From positions 12,922-76,921 of the IMG/VR virus record IMGVR_UViG_3300022204_000004: DNA of 64,000 nt. One strand, given 5' to 3'. The stretch's first letter is position 1. Every line of letters starts with the position of its first letter. Source of the stretch: a virus. Shown here piece by piece: positions 56,601 through 64,000 of the stretch. The notes below the pieces were generated by a model that was given only the letters and a program-made list of their open reading frames with translations, was not told the origin of the DNA and did no database searches. A program made the translations under genes and the position numbers.

Positions 56601-59249
56601 AACATGGCATTGACTTTATTTGCCCAACACGCTTACAACAGTAGTTTATGGTTTGGTGGTTTTTATAGTGATCGTAAAGATGTTTTCAGAAGTGAAACTG
56701 GTCAGTCATCAAATCAAAGTGAAGGATATCCAACAGTATTTATTCGTGCAAATGACGATGTTTTTACAAATGATTTAATAGGGGAACATGTAACAGATCC
56801 TATTTATGTGAAAGCCCACACACACGAAGGGAATGCCAAAAACGTTGATATAAATGGATTGGTTGGAAACAATGGTGGATGGGTAGGAGTTCCAAATACG
56901 GACTCTCATGCTCTTATAAATATAAAGATGAACAATGAATCTAGTATTTATGGAGGAAGAAACAAATATGCTTTTTCACAAAACATATTCATTCCACTTT
57001 CAAAAGTAATACCAACAGCTGGAGCAACAGCGAGTAATCAAGCTCAAAGGTTTACTGTTCAAGGAGATTTTTATACATCTCTATATCTTAGGACTAAAAA
57101 TGACTTTTCAAATATATTGGATCCATTACAACATAAAATGTATCAAGACAACAGTCATGGTGGTTCTCATGGAAAACATAGTGTTACAGATTGGAACAGA
57201 GGTGGTGCTTGGGCTTACGGTGTAGTTCTTGAAACAGAGGTGGAATCAAGACTTTCAGGAGAATATCGTTTTTATAGAAGCGATGGTTCGGTTGATTTTA
57301 GCATTACATTGGCAGAGCTTATAAATTCAGCTTATTTTAAAAAGAACAATTTAAGAATTTACAATTCCGTTCCATGGAACTTCAAAGACGATCCATTGCT
57401 TACCAATATATTGTCAGCTTCAAAAACAAAACTGAATGGAGATATATTTGATGCCTGGACAAAGTTTCTTTTAAATGAATTCTATGAACTTGAAAAAGCA
57501 AAAGGTATCATTACCAATGTTACAAATTGGGGCGATGAAATTTATGCTATCCAAGAATTTGAAAGCAACAAAGTAAATATTGATACTTCAGACTTTATAA
57601 CAACTGAATCAGGTCAAAGAGTTTCTGTTCAAAAAGGAGCTGGACAGACCTTTACTTCACATGAAAAAATAAGTGATTTTGGAACGTCAATAAGACGAGC
57701 TCTCGCAGAAGGAGAATGGGGTTTCAGTTTCTTTGATGAATACAATAAAGCTTTCATTAAAATATCCAAACCATTAAGTTTGGAAAAAGAACTTCAGCAA
57801 AAGCTTCAGGAACTTTTTAATGATGACCCTATCATAGATACTGAAGGCTATTATGATACAGAATACAAAGAGACAAATATCCGTATCAGGACTAAAGGTG
57901 GAAACACTTATATGCTTTCATACAATGAGCTTCTTCAAGTGTTTAATGGTTACATTGAATATGACAATGATATTTATATCATGTTTGATAAAAGAGTTTT
58001 CTCTCCTATAAGTGGAAATAAAACTACAACGGTTATATGTCCTTCAATTACAAGTTCTCTGAATTTAGATTTAGATGTTGGTGAATACTTCAATTATCAG
58101 ATAACAGCAGACAATGAACCTACGTCTTATGATGCTGTAGGACTTCCTTCAGGTGTTTTAATAAACAAGAATACTGGCGTAATCTATGGAATCATAGATA
58201 CTGCGGGTACTTACAATATTGATATTTCTGCAAGTAATGAATGTGGAACAACTCAATTACAAATTCAAGTGGCTGTAGTTGGATTGGCACCTATAATCAC
58301 AAGTGCTTGTTTTGACCCTGTTCAAGCGGGAAATGCTTTTTCTTATCAAATAGTAGCTATAAACAATCCAACAACATTTAATGCAAGTAATCTTCCAGCC
58401 GGATTGACAATAAGTCCAACGGGTCTCATAAGTGGAACTTTACCGATTAGTGGAGGAACATATACAGTTACAATGTCGGCTACAAATGCTTTCGGAACAG
58501 GAACCAAACAATGTTCTCTTGTTGTTGAAGTCGTTGTTACTAATTGTGATAAACTTGTTCAAACAGGCAATCAAGGTTCTTTCTCATATGTAATGCCAAT
58601 AGGTCAAGCTCTTGGAACTACTGGATTTAATAGAAACAATTTTAGTGTTCCCGTAAGGTTTAGATTGGAATACAATGGAGTTATAGTTGCAGACAGTAAA
58701 TATGTAGGCTATAACAATTATGATGGCTTATTGTTATCAGAGGGCATAGATCCCGCAGACATTAATACAGCTCCTAATCCCGGAACAGGTGTAGGTCAAA
58801 TTACTTTCCGTAAAGTGACCGCAGACCCACAAGAAGTTACCGTACATATTGATGCTCCATTATCAGGTTCTTTTTGGAATGTTAGTGGTGTATGTCCTGT
58901 CGCTGAAGAAAAAGTAGTAAATACATTTGTAAGATTAAATAGTTGTCAAACAGAATGGGTTATTTATGTCAAATGTCCAGCAGGGGAAACAAGGCAAGTA
59001 CATTTTACAGCCACATTTGCAACAGGAGGATCTTATTCAACAAATGTTGTTCAAGTTGGAACACAGATAGTTTCTGATACTGTTGATGTTATAACAGCTG
59101 ATACAGAATATACAGTTGGAGTTGATGGAAGTAATTCAAGTGGAACTTTAGCAGAAAGCTCTATATTAATACAGCTTAAAGATGCTACGGGAACAACCGT
59201 AATCCACCAACAGACATATAAGCGAAATCATGGACCAAATAAATGTTAA
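53637..59249 (+). CDS. Tail muzzle/stabilisation protein with C-terminal Ig domains
   Basis: YENNYYKRVYFTDNLNPLRVFN, VQYAY..ITENG..TPFSP, DEIYR, SKTKLNGDIFDAWTKF, SYNELLQVF. Confidence 0.8.
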   Translation: MNLNYEELHIFFEGMKISREQHAEENKSFELGVNGRLHSRNGKLSYSSIKGTIEVYNDPNIVKYLGYFAFFDELALLVKYDSRVVGDSTVINNEAIFGDDVVINIPFGGVQYNFTNELTLNASEEITTISVPILPEELSPLQNNYDETVVGETIDLSSYYTLGSSNVPDYEICDTGGIDSVPEYNKEYADAIIVLTKEDNKTFAGRIAWLGNMNWDINRKITTVGIYENNYYKRVYFTDNLNPLRVFNLKDNSLNYRVADEFSINQKSTLLQPYVFEINDNGSIKAMSVQYAYLLITENGQATPFSPYSELQLIVKDSDDYDFAGGEVEEKTSKAVKIKCPVISTLYKEIQAIAIEYEADTIPTAIRNLGKKDVSEIVEFIHTGNESEYIENITLDDIIETDNIWTYCNDITTKNNKLIAAGLRNEPYTLQEKYISDLFLFKGWDINGNTHNSLINPEPQTYDHFDPTSVEQSLYLKKQLFIRFLFFGNTTLTLRNKTIPDSEKSIVFTSSSDQYIEYIDKVFDWLSGLDLTDFPNLSIVRSNKSILFTPVDELLETDFSNYIFETSVSQVIIDFDNEWAIKEPAINVGNLIYGAQSYGYNRGSGIRISWKEVKEPILKASPELYVDGPILDLQTPSLKKTFVKDEIYRISCQFFKSGTPLFAIVCGDVKTPKIGAVKKYLSNSGNPVITSELYSNQSELTEINSAGDVEIKLLVHRLEMICEVRIPCEFKEQVDSFQIQYVERTENNRTVLAQGISAPLVRLASFRNPSQAGINFAPNVYDKWTLPFNGGPLYGIHGLLQVYDAAGFGENWNDIEDYRNEWDDNQAVKDRVMRREIPNRRMFYFDSPDMIHGRISEKNIANGKIQVLGRLNTDHTQNLIRSRYPYDGLSGGGIFSGGHPEEGIHNHYELTRQEDKEVEVYKELSFSRKIGYTELAGVETKKPWTVNISIFSKFQHYSAEHTVEKASELLNKGQIIPSAVLGTSFESVNMALTLFAQHAYNSSLWFGGFYSDRKDVFRSETGQSSNQSEGYPTVFIRANDDVFTNDLIGEHVTDPIYVKAHTHEGNAKNVDINGLVGNNGGWVGVPNTDSHALINIKMNNESSIYGGRNKYAFSQNIFIPLSKVIPTAGATASNQAQRFTVQGDFYTSLYLRTKNDFSNILDPLQHKMYQDNSHGGSHGKHSVTDWNRGGAWAYGVVLETEVESRLSGEYRFYRSDGSVDFSITLAELINSAYFKKNNLRIYNSVPWNFKDDPLLTNILSASKTKLNGDIFDAWTKFLLNEFYELEKAKGIITNVTNWGDEIYAIQEFESNKVNIDTSDFITTESGQRVSVQKGAGQTFTSHEKISDFGTSIRRALAEGEWGFSFFDEYNKAFIKISKPLSLEKELQQKLQELFNDDPIIDTEGYYDTEYKETNIRIRTKGGNTYMLSYNELLQVFNGYIEYDNDIYIMFDKRVFSPISGNKTTTVICPSITSSLNLDLDVGEYFNYQITADNEPTSYDAVGLPSGVLINKNTGVIYGIIDTAGTYNIDISASNECGTTQLQIQVAVVGLAPIITSACFDPVQAGNAFSYQIVAINNPTTFNASNLPAGLTISPTGLISGTLPISGGTYTVTMSATNAFGTGTKQCSLVVEVVVTNCDKLVQTGNQGSFSYVMPIGQALGTTGFNRNNFSVPVRFRLEYNGVIVADSKYVGYNNYDGLLLSEGIDPADINTAPNPGTGVGQITFRKVTADPQEVTVHIDAPLSGSFWNVSGVCPVAEEKVVNTFVRLNSCQTEWVIYVKCPAGETRQVHFTATFATGGSYSTNVVQVGTQIVSDTVDVITADTEYTVGVDGSNSSGTLAESSILIQLKDATGTTVIHQQTYKRNHGPNKC

Positions 59250-59252
59250 TAA

Positions 59253-59660
59253 ATGGCAGTAGACACAATTAAAATACAGAGCGATAGCCTTCATGAACTT
59301 AATGTTGGAAAATACTTAAATTTGTTTAACAAGCAAAAGACAATGAAATTAGGTTTTGTCGCAAATGACCAACCTAATACCATTAAGATTTTTAAACATA
59401 TACAAATGGTATTAAGTATAAAATACCCTATCAAAAGTATCTGTATTAAAACATCTAATGACCAAGAAAGACTTGTTACAGGAGACCATATGGTTTACAG
59501 AATTCGAGAAGGTATGCATTCCGTACCTTTGAAAAATCCTGGGGATTGGGCAGACTTAAGAGGAAGTTGGGCTTATATAGAAATAGAAATAGAATCAATC
59601 GATGATACAAAGATTGATTTGTTTTCAGTAATCATGCATTTAAGACAAAGTATAATATAA
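59253..59660 (+). CDS. Probable separated C-terminal domain of the muzzle protein
   Basis: LHELNVGKY..F, FVAN...KIFKHI, YRIREG, LRGSWAYIE. Confidence 0.55.
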   Translation: MAVDTIKIQSDSLHELNVGKYLNLFNKQKTMKLGFVANDQPNTIKIFKHIQMVLSIKYPIKSICIKTSNDQERLVTGDHMVYRIREGMHSVPLKNPGDWADLRGSWAYIEIEIESIDDTKIDLFSVIMHLRQSII

Positions 59661-60472
59661 TGGGACTAAACAATTTTTACGATCAGGCAAAGGCGGTCAA
59701 TTACAATCTAAATGTAAAACCCCCAAAAAACAAACAAGAGTTGTACAACAATACATCTCAACAAAGTTTTTATGATGATGGTACTGATGCTTTAGAGCAA
59801 AGGCTTATTGAGGGATTTCAAAATAAATATCCCGAACAAGAAACTGAAGAAAATTCAGGGAACAAAGCATTGGATGAGGCTGCGAAAATTCAGCAAAGGA
59901 GAGACAATAGAGAAAACAATATCTACGATAGGTTTCAGACCAGAAACATGAGAGACATAGAACGCATAAAAAACAATCCTGATAATACAGAAAGGATTAA
60001 AGCGAGAATGGATCGTAGAGCCGAAAGATTTAAAGAAAGAGCGGGTAAACGAGCTGAATCAGCTGCAAACCAAGATATAGATCCAAACCAAGAAACACTT
60101 GGTGGAAAAGCTATGGGAGCGGGAATATCTGCATTACAACAAGCACCTAGTATAATCAACAACCTTTCAAGTGATGTTGAAAGTTCTCAAGAAGCCGTTG
60201 GAAGAACTCTTTCTCTTGCTTCGAGTGGTGCTCAAATAGGAATGAACTTTGGTCCTTGGGGTGCTGCGGCTGGAGCTGTTATAGGTGCGGGAGCCGGTAT
60301 CATAGCCAATAAAGATTGGAGAGGAAAAATAGTCAGAGCTGAAAACAAACAACTCATGACAGAGTTAGGAGACGATATGGCTGAAAGACAGCAAAACTAT
60401 TTTTTGAACAAAACACAAGACCAAATAGCAGCTGAACGAAACATATACTCTAAATCACTAGGATATTCTTAA
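59660..60472 (+). CDS. Putative ejection/cargo protein
   Basis: Gly/Ala-rich GAQIGMNFGPWGAAAGAVIGAGAG segment. Confidence 0.6.
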   Translation: MGLNNFYDQAKAVNYNLNVKPPKNKQELYNNTSQQSFYDDGTDALEQRLIEGFQNKYPEQETEENSGNKALDEAAKIQQRRDNRENNIYDRFQTRNMRDIERIKNNPDNTERIKARMDRRAERFKERAGKRAESAANQDIDPNQETLGGKAMGAGISALQQAPSIINNLSSDVESSQEAVGRTLSLASSGAQIGMNFGPWGAAAGAVIGAGAGIIANKDWRGKIVRAENKQLMTELGDDMAERQQNYFLNKTQDQIAAERNIYSKSLGYS

Positions 60473-60487
60473 TAAAACATAAAGACC

Positions 60488-62974
60488 ATGACTGTAAAAA
60501 AAATAAACTCTAACTATAGAAAAATCATAGACAATATGAAACTTTCTATGCCTGTTGCCGAAGCGGGTCCAAAAGGTTATCAGGCGATGAACGATGACAC
60601 TTATGCCATGGGAATGTATCAGTTTGTTCCTTATTGGCATTTAGATGATATGAGAGAGTTTGCAAAAGCAACTGACAGCATCTATATTGATGAATCTCAA
60701 ATACCAACTAAAGCTGAATTTGAAAAGCTTAGAGCTAGTAAAGACTCAGCTAAAGTAAAAGCTATGTTACAGCCTATATTGGACAGTACGGCTTTTCAAG
60801 ACGCTTTCTTTGATAACTATATGGTCGATGTTATTGATGAAGCACAAATACAGTACAATAAATACGGCAAAAAAACAGGTTGGTCTTTAGAGGGCTTTGT
60901 TGCACTCAATCATCTTGAAGGAATAGATGGAGCCAAAAAAAGGCTTAAATCAAGCGAAAAAAATCCCGAAGTATTAAATACTATCATTAGTGAAACAAAC
61001 CCTGTTACAGTCAATGATTATGTCAGCAAACATACAAATGCGATTGAGAAAGCGGGTGGGAAGCTTAACGCACCAGAACAATTTGATTTGGAAACAGGCG
61101 ATGCACTAAATCCCAACAGAGAAAAAGAGTACAAAACCTTAAAGAAAAGATATGATGCAATAACCAATAACAATGAGATGTCTGATGAACAGAAAGCTTC
61201 AGCTCTTGACAATGTTTACAAAGACATCAAATCAATAGGTTTCCAAGATGAGTTTACAAAAACTCTTCAAGAAGAAAATGAAGTTGACCAAAAAGCTTTT
61301 GAGGATTTCAAGAACGCAAAAACAGCTGGAGGAGTAGTCCATAAAATGGTTCAAGAAGACATGATATTGCGTGATGGAGACAGACAAAGGACTGTAAGGG
61401 AAAGCAATAAAAGTTATGACCAAGATGACACTTATTATATCCCTGTCAATCGTCATAAAGATGTTCATGATTTAATAGATGGATTGCCTCCTGAAGAACA
61501 AAAAAAGATAAAAAAAGCTTTGCGTTTAGGAACTAAAAATCCTTCAGGAAAAACAAGAGTAGGTTTTGGTACGTCAGCTCTTTTAAAGCAAGAGGGCTTT
61601 AAGAATTTCTTAAAATTGGCTGATGATGAATATTTAAAAATAGAAGGAAAAAATCTTTATTTCGATCCTAAGATTATAAGGGATAAAGATGGAAATATTC
61701 AACGTACCAACGATGGAGAGAATATAGGATATACAATCAATGTCAAAGATGATATTAAGAATATCCAAACTCCTGATTGGAAAGAGAACAAACATTATGT
61801 TCCTGACTTTGAAAAAATAAAAACAAACGAGCAAGTCAGAGAAGAAGCCGAAGCAAAAGTTGCCAAAGAAACAGAAGAAGAAACAGGTGTAACTACCACA
61901 ACCGAAGACACTGGTGAAGCCAAAGCAAATGTAGCAACAGGAAACCTAAAGAACTTAACAGAAGAAGAACGTCTTAAATATGAGAATGATTATTTCTCTA
62001 ATTTCTTACAACAAGAAACTATAGACGTTCCCGATAGTTTTGAATATGATAAAAGAAGTTTTAAAAAGGAAATTCCTTTTGAAGCTATCGGTTATGGAGC
62101 TTTAGGTTTAATCGGTTCTGGAGAGGCAAAGACCGAAGATCCATTAAGAGACGAAAAAGTTTCTGAAGCAATAATCAATCTTGCAAAAACTCAAAAAAGA
62201 ATATCTGAGTTGGGATTGAAGCCCGAAGAAGAAGCATTGATGAAAAAGAATATCAATGACAATTTTAGATTTGGAATGGATAACTTGGTTCGTTCTTCAG
62301 GAGGAAACAGAAATTTGGTTCAAGGTGGTCAAAATGCATTGAACAAAAACAGATTAGAGGGCATTGCCAATGTTTCTCTTGCTGACGTACAGACAAGACT
62401 TGAAGGACTTAAACAGTATGGAGATACACTTCAGTACATTGAAAACTTTAATACTAATAGAGACATTGCAAATCATGGTATCAAATTACAAAACGCAAGA
62501 GAAAAAAGACAAGCTGGACAAGCTTTAGCGGCTAGTGGTTTTACTTCTATGATAGAAGAATTTGCATACCAAAAGAATAATGGTCCGGGCAGTGCCAATC
62601 ATATGAAAAAACAAGCCGACCTTTACGAATTGTTAGGCTATGTGCCAGGGGCAAATATTGAAGCGGGAAAACCCGGTTCTTATGAATACAAAAGACAACA
62701 AGAGCTCAATATAGCCGAAAGCAATAAAAAAGCCAATGTTGAAAACGATTTGAATGCTAAAGTTAGAAATAGGATTGAAAGTATGTCAAGAGAAGATTTC
62801 AGTAAATTTCAAAGAGATGGTGGTTTTAGAACTTTAAAAGAAGAAGGTGGTAGAGAACGATTTTTAGGTATTGACAATCCACAAGTACAACAACAAGTAG
62901 AACCAATAGAAGAACAGCCACAAGAAGCAAGTAACCAAAGATATCGATCTTTGGGATTTAGTTTTTTAGCTTAA
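60488..62974 (+). CDS. Putative ejection protein with N-terminal lysozyme-like domain
   Basis: EAG..GYQA....AMGMYQF...QDAFF...NHLEG; helical C-terminus. Confidence 0.55.
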   Translation: MTVKKINSNYRKIIDNMKLSMPVAEAGPKGYQAMNDDTYAMGMYQFVPYWHLDDMREFAKATDSIYIDESQIPTKAEFEKLRASKDSAKVKAMLQPILDSTAFQDAFFDNYMVDVIDEAQIQYNKYGKKTGWSLEGFVALNHLEGIDGAKKRLKSSEKNPEVLNTIISETNPVTVNDYVSKHTNAIEKAGGKLNAPEQFDLETGDALNPNREKEYKTLKKRYDAITNNNEMSDEQKASALDNVYKDIKSIGFQDEFTKTLQEENEVDQKAFEDFKNAKTAGGVVHKMVQEDMILRDGDRQRTVRESNKSYDQDDTYYIPVNRHKDVHDLIDGLPPEEQKKIKKALRLGTKNPSGKTRVGFGTSALLKQEGFKNFLKLADDEYLKIEGKNLYFDPKIIRDKDGNIQRTNDGENIGYTINVKDDIKNIQTPDWKENKHYVPDFEKIKTNEQVREEAEAKVAKETEEETGVTTTTEDTGEAKANVATGNLKNLTEEERLKYENDYFSNFLQQETIDVPDSFEYDKRSFKKEIPFEAIGYGALGLIGSGEAKTEDPLRDEKVSEAIINLAKTQKRISELGLKPEEEALMKKNINDNFRFGMDNLVRSSGGNRNLVQGGQNALNKNRLEGIANVSLADVQTRLEGLKQYGDTLQYIENFNTNRDIANHGIKLQNAREKRQAGQALAASGFTSMIEEFAYQKNNGPGSANHMKKQADLYELLGYVPGANIEAGKPGSYEYKRQQELNIAESNKKANVENDLNAKVRNRIESMSREDFSKFQRDGGFRTLKEEGGRERFLGIDNPQVQQQVEPIEEQPQEASNQRYRSLGFSFLA

Positions 62975-62996
62975 ACAATATAATAAAACAATAACT

Positions 62997-64000
62997 ATGG
63001 CAACAGTAGGACAAAGTGCAAGTTTTTTAGGTTTAACCCATAGACCCAATAAACAAGCACAGGCACAAGCAGATTTGCAGACTCTTGATTTAATGGTTCA
63101 AAGAAAGAAAGAAGCCGAAGCTCAAGAGCAACAGGCCGCTTTAGTTGAACAACAATACTATGATAGATTGCGTCAAGAGGCAGATAAATTGTTGGCTCCT
63201 GATAGAAAAAGAATAAATGAAAAAGCTAAACAAGTACAAGCCAGTGTTCGTGAAAAAATCAAACTGTTCGGTGGTTCTCGAAAAAAGTTCATGGCAAACG
63301 GTGGTTTGAGTATGATTGGTGGCTATAGTGATCAAATATTGGATTCTGAAGAACTTGCAACCTACAGAGCCAATAAAGAGAATATGGTCAAACTACTTGA
63401 CATAAAAGAGAAAAATATGGGTCATAGGTTGAGTGCAATAGACCAAGCCAATCTTGAAGCTTATCAAAGAGATGGCTCAGGAAAAGTGAGCTATAGTGGT
63501 CTAATGAACGAAATAGATATACCGGATCCTGACACTGAATTGTTTGGCAAGAAAATGACAGCTGTCGATATTTATAAATATAAAGAGAATTTCCAAAAAC
63601 TTGTTGCAAACTATCAGTTGGAACATCCTGACGTTGATTTAGAAAAATTAGATCCTGACCCAGCTGAAAATGCTAGAAAACTAGAACAAAAAATGCTTAT
63701 CTACGCACATACAAAAGGATATGGTGGTGTTGGTAATAGAATATTGCCCCAACAAACAGATAGGACAGGACGAAATACAAAAGGAACTGATGCTACTAAA
63801 CCTAAATCAGCTGGACATACAGTTTCTACAAGTTTAGCCCTTATCAATAGTTTACAGACAGAAAAACCTATTGATACTCTTAGCATAAAAGATTTTGAAC
63901 AAGATGAGTTGATATCAGGAATGTTAGGCAATACAGAGTTTAAAGTGCAAGGAAGTAACGATGCAAGTTTTGACTCTATAAGAGGAGGCGGACTCGGTGG
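62997..64000 (+). CDS. Putative ejection/cargo protein, truncated by window end
   Basis: MATVGQSASFLGLTHRPNKQ...; appears open to the window edge; Q/A-rich helical N-terminus. Confidence 0.6.
   Translation, partial: MATVGQSASFLGLTHRPNKQAQAQADLQTLDLMVQRKKEAEAQEQQAALVEQQYYDRLRQEADKLLAPDRKRINEKAKQVQASVREKIKLFGGSRKKFMANGGLSMIGGYSDQILDSEELATYRANKENMVKLLDIKEKNMGHRLSAIDQANLEAYQRDGSGKVSYSGLMNEIDIPDPDTELFGKKMTAVDIYKYKENFQKLVANYQLEHPDVDLEKLDPDPAENARKLEQKMLIYAHTKGYGGVGNRILPQQTDRTGRNTKGTDATKPKSAGHTVSTSLALINSLQTEKPIDTLSIKDFEQDELISGMLGNTEFKVQGSNDASFDSIRGGGLG

Noticed and set aside
1-64000. Stop-codon reassignment as in some gut crAss-like phages
   Set aside because: Long genes are intact in the standard code; TAG ends MCP and other genes, and TGA is also used as a stop

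Overview
AT-rich 64-kb segment of a large Bacteroidota (probably Flavobacteriia) phage with crAss-like/Crassvirales-type gene order. All family calls come from motif recognition by eye, without database searches. Left arm (1-23.3 kb, mostly minus strand): replication/DNA-metabolism genes (5'-3' exonuclease, NGO0469-like SSB, two HU/IHF-like proteins, DNA adenine methyltransferase, DnaB), a five-gene phage-borne PRTRC ubiquitin-like module (E, C/Ubl, F-like, B/E2, ThiF/E1) split by inserted genes including DUF932, many small early-type genes, and a RepL-like gene next to three palindromic boxes (putative origin). A G-tract-rich strand switch at about 23.4 kb is followed by several promoter-short RNA-terminator units. 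Right arm (plus strand): terminase, portal, scaffold, major capsid, ring proteins, repeat-rich fibres (one about 2,885-codon frame broken by a single TAA), lysis genes, a split Ig-decorated muzzle/stabilisation gene and ejection proteins. Most notable: (i) recurrent RNA elements complementary to the start-codon regions of the phage's own genes (repL-like gene, first gene of the pre-terminase operon, major capsid), suggesting an antisense/structure-based translational control layer, and (ii) the phage-encoded PRTRC system. No tRNA, rRNA or CRISPR array was seen. TAG and TGA behave as normal stops.
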